Below are positions 16,368-26,030 of a stretch of DNA of 64,000 nt, piece after piece. The notes beneath the pieces were generated by a model, which saw only the letters and a program-made list of their open reading frames with translations, did not search any database and was not told the origin of the DNA. Position 1 is the first letter of the stretch. Every line of letters starts with the position of its first letter. Origin of the DNA: a virus; the IMG/VR virus record IMGVR_UViG_3300030329_004520, positions 1 through 64,000 of that record. One strand, given 5' to 3'. The translations under genes were made by a program, and so were the position numbers.

Positions 16368-16778
16368 ATGTCAAAGAAAAAAACACAAGAGTGGTTAAGT
16401 TTTGTTGAAGATGGTCAACGATGGATGTTATGTAAGCATTGTCAATCTGATTATGTTAAGGTTGATGAAGGTACAGCTGCTATAACTTGTTCATCGTGTG
16501 TCATTAAAAAAACTTTAACATTAAAACCACTTGATGAATTTTTTGCTAAGAAACATAAGAGAACAGGTAGACCAGCAGGTTGGCATTTTATGAAAGAGTT
16601 TGTTGACAAAGATGGTAATGTGTTTCACAAAGGTAAAGAACAACCTGAATTAAAGGGAACTCTTAAACCAACAAAAGTGAAACCACCTAAGAAAAGAAAA
16701 AAGTTGACAAAGGATGAAAAGTTATATAAAAGAATTAGTGATTATAAAAAAAGAAAAAAGGCAAGAAAGAAAAAATGA
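16368..16778 (+). CDS. Zn-finger basic phage protein
   Basis: CKHC...CSSC; RPAGWHFMKEFVD.DGNVFHKG. Confidence 0.7.
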   Translation: MSKKKTQEWLSFVEDGQRWMLCKHCQSDYVKVDEGTAAITCSSCVIKKTLTLKPLDEFFAKKHKRTGRPAGWHFMKEFVDKDGNVFHKGKEQPELKGTLKPTKVKPPKKRKKLTKDEKLYKRISDYKKRKKARKKK

Positions 16779-17353
16779 TAATAAAAGATAAAAACGAATT
16801 AAAAAAACCTTGTGAAGAAATAAAAGATTACAATGAAGCAGAACAGATAGCTTTAAAATTATTAAAAACACTAGCCACTTCAAAAAAAGGTATTGGTCTA
16901 GCAGCGAATCAAATTGGTATTAATAAAAGAGTTTGTGTTATTAATGTTAAAGAACCCATAGTTTTGATTAATCCAAAAATTGTAGATAATTCTAAAGAGA
17001 CATTTACATTTCCAGAAGGTTGTTTATCATTTCCAAATAAAAAAGTAAAAACAACAAGATATATATCAGTATCAGTAGAATGTGATAATATTGATGATAC
17101 ATTATTTTTCACAGCTGATTCAAACAATTTAGCTGATGCTATGGAATGTGTTTGTGTTCAACACGAGATAGACCATCTAGATGGTATAACAATGTTTGAT
17201 AGACAAGTAAAAGGTATTACTATAAAACGAGAAGGTAAAAAAATTGGTAGAAATGATAAGGTTTTAATTGCATGTGGTGTTGAATCTAGAACTATGAAAT
17301 ACAAAAAAGCACTACCACTATTGGAGAATGGATGGACATTAGTAGAACATTAA
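16775..17353 (+). CDS. def: peptide deformylase
   Basis: GIGLAANQIG, EGCLS, QHEIDHLDG. Confidence 0.95.
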   Translation: MIIKDKNELKKPCEEIKDYNEAEQIALKLLKTLATSKKGIGLAANQIGINKRVCVINVKEPIVLINPKIVDNSKETFTFPEGCLSFPNKKVKTTRYISVSVECDNIDDTLFFTADSNNLADAMECVCVQHEIDHLDGITMFDRQVKGITIKREGKKIGRNDKVLIACGVESRTMKYKKALPLLENGWTLVEH

Positions 17354-17476
17354 AAGATGTGATATTAATCACACCATGGTTATTATGTTTATTAGTTTAT
17401 AGTGTTACTCTAGGTTTTATACATTTATTTCTATTATTCATTAGTAACTTGATATTTATATATGAGAGCATAAATA

Positions 17477-17866
17477 ATGGAAATAAATATGAAAAAAGAA
17501 AAACATAGTAGTGATAAAATTTCTGAACAAACACTTCACGAAATATTAGTTGATATAAAATATAGTTTAAATCATCTTGAAGATATTGAAGCTGATAATA
17601 GAGCTATAATTGTAAAGCTAGTTAAACAAAATAATCAAATAGTTGAATTCCTAAAACAAATAGAAATAGAAGAAGTTAATACTGATTATGATACACTTAC
17701 TCAACCTATTTTATCAGAAGAAGAAGAAACTAAAATTAAAAAATTTGAATCACTTAAAGAATTACTTGATGACTTTATGAGTAAGCGAAATGAATTAAAA
17801 GAATTTGAAGAAGAACTAGAAAAACATAGAGATAAATTAACTCCAGGTCAAATAGGAGAAAGTTAA
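17477..17866 (+). CDS. coiled-coil hypothetical protein
   Basis: 129 aa; ATATTTATA upstream. Confidence 0.65.
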   Translation: MEINMKKEKHSSDKISEQTLHEILVDIKYSLNHLEDIEADNRAIIVKLVKQNNQIVEFLKQIEIEEVNTDYDTLTQPILSEEEETKIKKFESLKELLDDFMSKRNELKEFEEELEKHRDKLTPGQIGES

Positions 17867-18104
17867 AAAAAAGTCACTTTTTGAAAAAAAAGTTTATATT
17901 TATACTAAATGGTTACAAAAAGAATTATATGAATAGCGAAGTACACATCTAAAGAATCAATTCTTGATTCTGTAAAACCCTCGGTTAATATAGCGTTTTT
18001 AAAGTAAAGCAAATTAATTGTGGTTTATTGTGTGCTTTTTTATTATATAATAGGATAGAAAAAAAAAACAAAACGAGTAAGTTAATAGTTAAGGAGAAAA
18101 CTAA

Positions 18105-18989
18105 ATGAAGAAGCTAAGTATGAAGACTCTAATCATCACAGGCCTAGTAATAGTAGGTTTGTTTGGTATTGTTAGAGCTGAAGAAACAGCTGTTGAAATT
18201 CCTGATTCAGTAATTTCAATTAGTGGTGAACTTAGTACTGACATTACCTTCGGTGACGCTACGACATTTACAAGTCCATATACGGGACTAGTGTTTAGTA
18301 GTGACGGATGGGTTGTTAGTACAAATCTATCAGATGGTATGGTTAACATCGAAGAAGCGAAATATTCGTGGAATGTAATAGAAGATGTTTTAACTTTAAC
18401 ATTTGGTAGTCAAGCAGAACCATATGGATTAGCATGGGGCTTACATAGACCATCTAACAACTGGTTTGTTTCAACTCCAAGAGAACACACGATTTCAAAT
18501 GGTGTGGGATTTGGATTAAACAAATGGGGTGTTGGAGCTGATTTATTTTGGGGTGGAAGTACAGAAGATGTTCTTGATGAAGAAACTAGTGAAGTTCTTG
18601 AAGAAGGCTCACTATATTGGGCATCAAGATTTTCTTATGAACTTTCTTTTGCTGGAATAGATTCCAAATTCGGACTATCATTAAATAGTAACGAAGCTCA
18701 ACTAATAGATGTGTCAATGGGTAATGACCTATTTGAAACATCTCTTGAGTATGATTTGTCAGAAGAGGCAGATGGTGCGTATTGGTTGAGAGGTGTAGTA
18801 ACACCTCCTCAAGCTCAAGGTGCATTTCTACTTCTCGGATATAATTCCGATGAAGTTGTGACATATGGAGTTGGGTATAAATGCTCAGATAATATGAAAG
18901 TTATGTCTGAGTTCACATCAGGATTAAAAGATGCTGATGGTAACGAAGTAACGAATGACTTTAATATCAGAGCAAGTTATTCATTCTAA
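18105..18989 (+). CDS. exported porin/beta-barrel-like protein
   Basis: signal peptide, alternating aromatic/Gly beta-strands, C-terminal IRASYSF. Confidence 0.65.
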   Translation: MKKLSMKTLIITGLVIVGLFGIVRAEETAVEIPDSVISISGELSTDITFGDATTFTSPYTGLVFSSDGWVVSTNLSDGMVNIEEAKYSWNVIEDVLTLTFGSQAEPYGLAWGLHRPSNNWFVSTPREHTISNGVGFGLNKWGVGADLFWGGSTEDVLDEETSEVLEEGSLYWASRFSYELSFAGIDSKFGLSLNSNEAQLIDVSMGNDLFETSLEYDLSEEADGAYWLRGVVTPPQAQGAFLLLGYNSDEVVTYGVGYKCSDNMKVMSEFTSGLKDADGNEVTNDFNIRASYSF

Positions 18990-19013
18990 TAAATAAACAA
19001 TGGAGGAAATAAA

Positions 19014-19253
19014 ATGAATGTAAAAAGTATTTTCGGAATGGTCGGTGATTTTCTTGGTGGTATTGGTGCAGTTCTTGGTGGACTAATATCAGTAGGTGTA
19101 TTATCACAGATAGTATTCGGTACTGGTTGGTTAGGTATCGATGTTATCGGAAATCTTACAGGTATCGTTAATGGATTCTTAGGCGGTGGATTAACAGGTC
19201 TTATTGTACTTGTTGTTCTTGTAGGTCTATGGGATTCTAAACCAGGTAAGTAA
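19014..19253 (+). CDS. small Gly-rich membrane protein
   Basis: GGAGG RBS; GIDVIGNL..IV..F.GGG..GLI.L. Confidence 0.75.
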   Translation: MNVKSIFGMVGDFLGGIGAVLGGLISVGVLSQIVFGTGWLGIDVIGNLTGIVNGFLGGGLTGLIVLVVLVGLWDSKPGK

Positions 19254-19275
19254 GTGATATAAATCACAATAAATT

Positions 19276-19305
19276 ATGGGGCTTGAAATATAGCCCCATT
19301 TTTTT
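19276..19305 (+). terminator. intrinsic terminator
   Basis: ATGGGGCT-N8-AGCCCCAT followed by T-tract. Confidence 0.85.
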
Positions 19306-19382
19306 ATATTTAATTCAGAAAAAAAGATACCTACTATAATATTTATAGTAAACCGATAAAGGTTAATATAGGAGAGTTACTT

Positions 19383-20246
19383 ATGAGTAAAACAAGAAGT
19401 TCTCAAAAAAAGGTTACCCTTTCTGAATTAAATAATCATACCATTAATAATAAACGCCAGGCATTGAAAGACTTGAAGATGTTAAACTTCGATGATATTC
19501 AATTTAAGAATCCAGCACAAAGACGATTTTATAAAACTATATCAAACAAAGATATTACATTTGGAATCGGTCCAGCTGGTTGTGGTAAAACATATCTATC
19601 AGTTCATAGAGCTTTAAGAGAGTTAGGTGATAAAGATAATTACATCGATGGAATTGTAATTGTCAAACCACTCGTAGAAGCAGCAGGTGAAAAGATAGGT
19701 TATCTACCAGGTGATGTCGAAGAAAAGACAGCACCCTTTATGATGTCGTTTTATTATAATATGGAACAGATTATTGGTAAACAACGATTACAAATCCTAA
19801 AGGAAAGTAATACAATTCAAGTAATACCATTAGCATTTATGAGAGGTATTACTCTAGCCAATAAATTCGTTATACTTGATGAAGCACAGAATGCTACACC
19901 TGAACAAATAAAAATGTTTGTTACAAGAATCGGTGAGAATAGTAAATATATAATCACAGGTGACTTGGAACAATCTGATATATCTAAACACAAAAGTGGA
20001 TTAGAAGACGCAATCAAAAGATTTGCTGGTGTACACGGAGTAGGTTTAGCTTCATTTAAAGAAAAAGATGTTGTTAGACATTCTTTAGTAAAACGACTAC
20101 TAAAAAGATATAGAGAGTCATTTAATATAATTGATGATGTATCAGCTGAAAAAACTATTTCTATGTGGATACACGAACAGGGTTTAGATTCAATAAACGA
20201 TGGTTCATTAGATATTAAAGAGACATTTTATAAATTAAAAAAATAA
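19383..20246 (+). CDS. phoH: PhoH family ATPase
   Basis: GPAGCGKTYL, GYLPGD, PLAFMRG, LDEAQN, TRIG, GD..QSD, VRH. Confidence 0.95.
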   Translation: MSKTRSSQKKVTLSELNNHTINNKRQALKDLKMLNFDDIQFKNPAQRRFYKTISNKDITFGIGPAGCGKTYLSVHRALRELGDKDNYIDGIVIVKPLVEAAGEKIGYLPGDVEEKTAPFMMSFYYNMEQIIGKQRLQILKESNTIQVIPLAFMRGITLANKFVILDEAQNATPEQIKMFVTRIGENSKYIITGDLEQSDISKHKSGLEDAIKRFAGVHGVGLASFKEKDVVRHSLVKRLLKRYRESFNIIDDVSAEKTISMWIHEQGLDSINDGSLDIKETFYKLKK

Positions 20247-20254
20247 AAAAAACC

Positions 20255-20284
20255 TTGACTTATGCGTCCAAGAAGTTGTATATT
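20255..20284 (+). promoter_or_regulatory. sigma70-type promoter
   Basis: TTGACT-N18-TATATT. Confidence 0.6.
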
Positions 20285-20296
20285 GTATAATATATA

Positions 20297-20821
20297 ATGG
20301 AGAATAATATGTTTAAAGATTATATTTCAATATCTATAGCTATAATACCAGCTATGATTATAACTTTTTTTGCTAGTGATATGCTAGATGAAAATTATGA
20401 TGAGATAAGAATATTACGAGAACAGATATCTGAATTAGAAGAAAATTGTGGTAATACTTTAACAAACAGAATATCTTACAAGGTTACGGTAACTACTTAT
20501 AACCCAACATATGCTCAATGTGATGATACACCAAATATTACAGCTGATGGTACGAAGTTTAATAGATGGAGAGCTACTTCTTATAGATATGTAGCTTTAT
20601 CTCGTGACTTAATAGCTCGTTGGGGAGGTCCATTTGAGTACGGAGATTACATCGTAATCGAAGGAACTGGTGAATGGGATGGTGTATATCAAGTAAGAGA
20701 TACTATGAATCCTAAATGGACAAACAGAGTTGATATACTTACAACTAATAGTAGATTTAAATATAATAATATTACTATGTATAAATATGTAGATGATGAA
20801 TACATAGTAGCAAACAATTAA
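20297..20821 (+). CDS. membrane-anchored 3D-domain (lytic transglycosylase-like) protein
   Basis: TM helix; VTTYNP..QCDDTP.ITADG, VALSRDL, VRDTMN..RVDI. Confidence 0.8.
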   Translation: MENNMFKDYISISIAIIPAMIITFFASDMLDENYDEIRILREQISELEENCGNTLTNRISYKVTVTTYNPTYAQCDDTPNITADGTKFNRWRATSYRYVALSRDLIARWGGPFEYGDYIVIEGTGEWDGVYQVRDTMNPKWTNRVDILTTNSRFKYNNITMYKYVDDEYIVANN

Positions 20822-20837
20822 AATAAGGAAGCACAAT

Positions 20838-21059
20838 ATGAAATGTATGATGAGTGTGGATGGTTCTAACATCGTTAGAGTATCTGATGAAAAAGCGTCT
20901 AAATTATATGAAGAGGGATTCAGATATGTTCCAAAATCAATGTGGAAAGAAAAGGTTCGTGATGTAGAATCCACAGAAGAAGAAGTAACTAAATCACAGA
21001 AAAATAATAAATTATCTAAATCACAGAAAAGACATTTGAGAAAATCTAAAAAGAAATAA
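20838..21059 (+). CDS. small basic phage protein
   Basis: IVRVSD..A......G..YVPKS.WK. Confidence 0.65.
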   Translation: MKCMMSVDGSNIVRVSDEKASKLYEEGFRYVPKSMWKEKVRDVESTEEEVTKSQKNNKLSKSQKRHLRKSKKK

Positions 21060-21140
21060 TATATAATAATATTATTATATAATATATAATATATAATATA
21101 ATAGTATATAATATAACAATATATAATATAATAGTATATA
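21055..21140. repeat. A/T-rich tandem repeat (~15-nt unit TATATAATATAATAG)
   Basis: about three imperfect copies plus degenerate flanks just before an RBS. Confidence 0.6.
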
Positions 21141-21149
21141 GGAGACTAA

Positions 21150-21887
21150 ATGAAATTATCAGCTGAACAAATAAAAGAAAATTGGAATAAATTAATACAA
21201 CTAATTGAGAATACATTTGAAGGTGAACGAAAAGAAAAACTTTTAAAAATGTACAAACATTTTGAAGATAGAATGATGTTCGCTCCTGCCTCAGGACAAG
21301 AACATTTTCATCTTTGTACACCAGGAGGTTATGTTCAACACATTTTAAATATCGTAAAATATTCTTTATCTTTCTATCAGATATGGAAAGACAATGGAGC
21401 TTATGTCGATGACTATACGGTTGAAGAATTAATCTTCGCGGCTTTACATCACGACTTAGGTAAAGTCGGTGACTTAAACGAAGACCATTATATTCCAAAT
21501 CCATCAGAGTGGCATAGAAAAAACCAAGGAAAGATTTATACAAGTAATCCTGATTTAAAATTTATGACACCACCTGATAGAGGTATTTGGATTTTAAACC
21601 AGTTCGGAATTACAATGACAGAGAATGAGTACATCGGAATTAAATTAACTGATGGAATGTATGATGAAGGTAATATACAATATCTTAAATCATATGCTCC
21701 TGAAAGAAAATTAAAATCTAACATGCAACATATTTTACATCAAGCTGATATGACAACAACTCGTATTGAATTTGAAGATTGGTTACATGCTAAAGAGGGA
21801 ATGGTTAATACGAGTGTTCCTAAAACAAAACAAGAACAAACAAAAGTTGACAATATGAAAAAAGCTTTTGATGAGTTGTTCGCTTAG
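21150..21887 (+). CDS. HD-domain hydrolase (YhaM-like)
   Basis: APAS...H....GGY.QH, LHHDLGK, LHQAD. Confidence 0.8.
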   Translation: MKLSAEQIKENWNKLIQLIENTFEGERKEKLLKMYKHFEDRMMFAPASGQEHFHLCTPGGYVQHILNIVKYSLSFYQIWKDNGAYVDDYTVEELIFAALHHDLGKVGDLNEDHYIPNPSEWHRKNQGKIYTSNPDLKFMTPPDRGIWILNQFGITMTENEYIGIKLTDGMYDEGNIQYLKSYAPERKLKSNMQHILHQADMTTTRIEFEDWLHAKEGMVNTSVPKTKQEQTKVDNMKKAFDELFA

Positions 21888-21896
21888 GAGATAAAT

Positions 21897-22175
21897 ATGT
21901 GGTGGTTATTTTTTATATTATTTTTAATAATTAGTGTAGCATCTTCTACATTATTATTTTATGCTATGAAAAGAATAAATTTATATGAGAATATGTTAGT
22001 CGAGATTGAACAGATAATAAAATTCTCATCAACAAAAATGAAACAAGTTGATGGTTTAGGACATTATGAATCAGATGATGAAACACAATTTTTCTTTGAA
22101 CAATTAAAGGACATGCAAAAATTATTAGATTCTATTTTTGTTAAAGAAGAATCGGAGGAGAAAAAAAATGGGTAG
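21897..22175 (+). CDS. membrane-anchored hypothetical protein
   Basis: N-terminal TM; G.YESDDE..FFF. Confidence 0.65.
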   Translation: MWWLFFILFLIISVASSTLLFYAMKRINLYENMLVEIEQIIKFSSTKMKQVDGLGHYESDDETQFFFEQLKDMQKLLDSIFVKEESEEKKNG

Positions 22176-22866
22176 AAAGAAAACAAAAAATTATTATTGG
22201 ACAGATGATACTGAACAAGCTATAATAAAATATAATAGTGGAGACTTGAATGAGAGTGAAAAGAATAAATTATATAATGATGAAATAGAATATCCATTTA
22301 ATAAATTAGCAGAAAATATAATTAACACATTTAAGTTTACATACTTTGATGATGTATTTAAAGATGTTCAACACGAAGTTGTAGTATTCTTGATAATGAA
22401 CATGCATAAGTATGACCATACAAAAGGTTCAAAAGCTTTTAGTTATTTTTCAGTCGTAGCTAAGAATTATTTAATATTAAATAATAATGCTAATTATAAA
22501 AAATATAAATCTCACGATTCAGTAGATGCCGCACGAGGATTACAATCACATACACCTAGTGAAGACCCCGCTATTATAGTAGAAGAATCAATTCGTTATT
22601 TCGAAGCCAAGACACCCGAAATATTTTCAAAACATAGAGATAGAGTTATAGCATATGCTATAATAGATTTAATGAAATCACGAGAGACAATAGAAGATTT
22701 TAATAAAAAAGCAATCTATATTCTTCTACGCGAAATGACAGATGTTGAAACGGCTCATATAACAAAAGTTTTAAATGTTTTGAGAAAACATATGAAAACA
22801 CTTCAGAATAACTTCCATACACGCGGTTCCGTATTTCCGATATCTAAATTAGATAAGTTTTCTTAA
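22168..22866 (+). CDS. phage sigma factor, gp55/sigma70 region 2-like
   Basis: KYDHTKGSKAFSYFSVVAKNYL resembles the region-2.3/2.4 segment of T4 gp55-type sigmas; GGAGGAG RBS (ORF open from 22138). Confidence 0.65.
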   Translation: MGRKKTKNYYWTDDTEQAIIKYNSGDLNESEKNKLYNDEIEYPFNKLAENIINTFKFTYFDDVFKDVQHEVVVFLIMNMHKYDHTKGSKAFSYFSVVAKNYLILNNNANYKKYKSHDSVDAARGLQSHTPSEDPAIIVEESIRYFEAKTPEIFSKHRDRVIAYAIIDLMKSRETIEDFNKKAIYILLREMTDVETAHITKVLNVLRKHMKTLQNNFHTRGSVFPISKLDKFS

Positions 22867-22899
22867 AAAATATATATTTATTCATATAGGAGAATTTAT

Positions 22900-23295
22900 A
22901 TGAGTAAAAATGAAATATTTGATGGAAAATCTTTCGAAGACTTGACGAAAGATATATACGAAAACCAACAGAACAAAAAGTTACAATTAGATTTATTAAT
23001 TCAAGAGATTCACGGAATGATTCAAACACTTGATGATGCCGTAATGGTTACACCTATGATTAAAGAACTCTTTGATGTTTCAGTAAAAAATGATGAGCAT
23101 TTAGTTAAGTTAGCTAGTGTATGGCAACGAATATTATCAAAATCTGGTAATGAATCTACTGATAGTATGTTATTAACTGAAGCCGAAAAAGAAGATTTAA
23201 TTAATGCTCTTCAAGAAGATGTGCATGACATCCAAAGAAAAAGTGAAGAAATTCAAGCACTCAAAGAAAAAAAAAGTCTAAATAATTATGAGTAA
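22900..23295 (+). CDS. helical phage protein
   Basis: 131 aa, first gene after a late-type motif. Confidence 0.7.
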   Translation: MSKNEIFDGKSFEDLTKDIYENQQNKKLQLDLLIQEIHGMIQTLDDAVMVTPMIKELFDVSVKNDEHLVKLASVWQRILSKSGNESTDSMLLTEAEKEDLINALQEDVHDIQRKSEEIQALKEKKSLNNYE

Positions 23296-24607
23296 CTATA
23301 TAAATAGAGAAAATGATGTAACTGGTAAGGATTATATAATTGATAGTCCTGGTAGAATTACAGATTACTTACAATTTATACCTGCTACCGTAACTGGTGT
23401 AATAAACTCTGAAGAAGCTTTACTTTCTCAACCATCTAATGCATATGAAAGTAATTTAATAACGGTTCGTATGAGTATATGGACTGAAGATGCTGGGACA
23501 ATGGGAGATGATTTAAGAAAAGCTAGACCATTAATCCGAGGATTTAGTGATAGTATTACGATAGATGAATCCGTATTAGTTACTGAAATTGGTGGTCAAC
23601 TATATTATTTAGGTCCGTTAAATATAAAAAACAATCCAAGTTATAATTGGGATGATACACAAAAAAAAGATACTCTACCGAGTGATAGTAGTACTAAAAC
23701 AACATCTGTCAGTTTCCCTACAGGAACAAAGTTCACTAGACTTAACAAAAATTTTAAAGTAGATTTAGATGACCCATCGGGAAAGATAACTCCATTTCAA
23801 CATGCAGCTAGTGGAAATGATGTATTTACTGATTTATTTACTGATTTAACATTAGAGGGAAGACACGGTAATAGTATCAATATTGGTAGTAGAAATATAA
23901 ATCCTCATATATTCATATCTAATGGAAGAAATCCATCTCAAATTGAAGAAAGTATTAATGATAGTTCTATCCTCGCGATGATTAAGAGTGGTACTATCAA
24001 TCAACATTTCAATCGAGAAAAATTAGATGATTCTCCATATGAATTTAAATTAGCTGATGAAGAAATAGAAAGTCCTGAACAAACTATAAGGAATAGTTAT
24101 TTATCAGCTTTAGGTCGAGGTCAAGGTATAGACGGAACAGATGATGAAGATGTAGATAGTACTATATATGAATATGCGTTACCACAAACAATATTAAATT
24201 CTGACCGTGTAATTATAAATTCAAGGAGAGATAACATATATATTTCTTCATTTAAACATATACATTTAGGTTCAGGTAATACGATGACTTTTTCAACTAG
24301 TAATAATGTTTTATTTAATGTTAAAGATACTTTTGTTGTTAATTCACCAGAAATTAAATTAGGTTCTCAAAATGATGATGAAACACAACCCATTCCATTA
24401 GGAGATACATTAGTAGAGAAGTTAGAAGAGTTATGTGACCACTTAACACAATTATGTACTGATATATCAAGTATGACACATCCAACCCCAGCTGGTCCAT
24501 CAGGTCCACCAGTAAACGCAGCATCGTTTTCTAGTTTATCTTCTAAGATAGGTTCGACTAAAGGTGCTTTAGAAGATATATTGAGTATTCAAAATAGGAC
24601 AAAATAA
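23288..24607 (+). CDS. baseplate hub/central spike (gp5-like) protein
   Basis: LEGRHGNSI..GS, ILNSDRVIINSR, IKLG..QPIPLGD, THPTPAGPSGPP tip; next to gp25. Confidence 0.65.
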   Translation: MSNYINRENDVTGKDYIIDSPGRITDYLQFIPATVTGVINSEEALLSQPSNAYESNLITVRMSIWTEDAGTMGDDLRKARPLIRGFSDSITIDESVLVTEIGGQLYYLGPLNIKNNPSYNWDDTQKKDTLPSDSSTKTTSVSFPTGTKFTRLNKNFKVDLDDPSGKITPFQHAASGNDVFTDLFTDLTLEGRHGNSINIGSRNINPHIFISNGRNPSQIEESINDSSILAMIKSGTINQHFNREKLDDSPYEFKLADEEIESPEQTIRNSYLSALGRGQGIDGTDDEDVDSTIYEYALPQTILNSDRVIINSRRDNIYISSFKHIHLGSGNTMTFSTSNNVLFNVKDTFVVNSPEIKLGSQNDDETQPIPLGDTLVEKLEELCDHLTQLCTDISSMTHPTPAGPSGPPVNAASFSSLSSKIGSTKGALEDILSIQNRTK

Positions 24608-25083
24608 TGCCATTAAATCCAATGACTTTGAAAAATGGTTTATTAGATGTATGTAAGAGAGCCGAAAGCGGTGAAGATGTATCCTTTGTTGATATGGTAG
24701 ATGCTATTGAAAAATATGCATTGGACTTACAATATCCTCCTCCAGTAGGAGTTAGTGCTGCGGCCGCCGCGATGAAAGGTACTTTAGCTGGTATAACTCA
24801 TCAAATGGGTCCTCAAGCAGCTGGAATGATTGGTAGTGCTTTTATTCAATTCGGTACAGCTGTAGCAGCTGGAATGCCTATAGGTGGAAGTGCTGTCTTT
24901 CCGACTATGCCACCACCCGGTCCACCCAATTTAGCATCTGCATTTTCAGGTCCTCAAGATGCTCAGTTATTTGCTACAAAATTTTCTACTATTGTTGATG
25001 CTTGGATGAGAACAGGTATGTATGACGCATTCGGTGTCATCACTCCTACAGGACCAGTACCCGGACCATCACCTTGGATGTAA
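24607..25083 (+). CDS. Pro/Gly-rich baseplate-associated protein
   Basis: coupled to the spike gene. Confidence 0.55.
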   Translation: MPLNPMTLKNGLLDVCKRAESGEDVSFVDMVDAIEKYALDLQYPPPVGVSAAAAAMKGTLAGITHQMGPQAAGMIGSAFIQFGTAVAAGMPIGGSAVFPTMPPPGPPNLASAFSGPQDAQLFATKFSTIVDAWMRTGMYDAFGVITPTGPVPGPSPWM

Positions 25084-25149
25084 AAAAATAAACAAATTTC
25101 TTAAAAATTTATATTTATATATGAATAGGTTTATACAACAGGAGGCCAG

Positions 25150-25590
25150 ATGAAAAAATCAGAATTAAGATTAATGATAAGAAAAATAGTTAGAGAAGAA
25201 GTCGCTATGTCAATTCAAGAAGTAATAACTGAATTAAAACAACCGACTAATCAAATAACAGAACAAAAAGTTTCAAAACCGATACCGAAAAGACAAATTA
25301 GAAAAGAAAAACAAAGTTTTTCAAATAATTCTATAATCAATGATGTTTTAAATGAAACAGCTGAAGCGGCAGATGAATGGGCAAGTTTAGGTGGAGGAAC
25401 ATTTGATTCGGGTAGAATGAATGAAGTTATGGCTAGACAATATGGAGATATGGGAACTAAAGAAAGTAGTCAAGCTCATTTAGCAGCTTCTTTAGGAGCA
25501 GACCCGTCAAGTCCACCAGACTTTCTAACAAAAGACTATAGTCAACTTTTAAAGAAAGTTGATGAAAAGGCTAAACAGACTAGGGGATAA
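25150..25590 (+). CDS. putative virion protein
   Basis: MKKSELRLMIRKIVREEV N-terminus, LNETA motif; late-type motif upstream. Confidence 0.55.
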   Translation: MKKSELRLMIRKIVREEVAMSIQEVITELKQPTNQITEQKVSKPIPKRQIRKEKQSFSNNSIINDVLNETAEAADEWASLGGGTFDSGRMNEVMARQYGDMGTKESSQAHLAASLGADPSSPPDFLTKDYSQLLKKVDEKAKQTRG

Positions 25591-25592
25591 CA

Positions 25593-26030
25593 ATGGCATA
25601 TGTGATAGATGACAATCTATACAATCCAGATGATTATGATGTACAATGGATAGGATTCCGTATACCGTTTTCTTTCGGGGAACCGGGTGATACAATGAAT
25701 GATGATACTATGGATAATATAGAAGATAATCTAGAAAATTTATTTAATACAGAACCAGGAGATAGATTATTTCATCCGAAATTAGGTGTAAGTTTTAGAA
25801 AACATTTATTCGAGCAGATGGATAGAGATTTAGATGAATGGCAAGCAGTCGTTAAAGAAGATATAGAAACACAAGTTAAACGGTGGATGCCTTTTTTATC
25901 TGTAGATAGAGTTAAAGTATCTGAGAGTCCAGATAGAAATCAATACAGAATCGCAGTAGATTTTCACATAACACGAAATCCTAAAATGTTTAGTTCAGTA
26001 GAGATAACAACCCCAGCAGGAGCTTATTAA
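25593..26030 (+). CDS. baseplate wedge subunit, gp25-like
   Basis: NL.NL..T.PGDRLFHP.LG...LFE, ..WMP. Confidence 0.85.
   Translation: MAYVIDDNLYNPDDYDVQWIGFRIPFSFGEPGDTMNDDTMDNIEDNLENLFNTEPGDRLFHPKLGVSFRKHLFEQMDRDLDEWQAVVKEDIETQVKRWMPFLSVDRVKVSESPDRNQYRIAVDFHITRNPKMFSSVEITTPAGAY

Noticed and set aside
21046-21543. 165-aa minus-strand ORF, and the many other short antisense or nested ORFs in the track
   Set aside because: Shadows of well-supported genes; no RBS or motifs, and this one translates the A/T repeat
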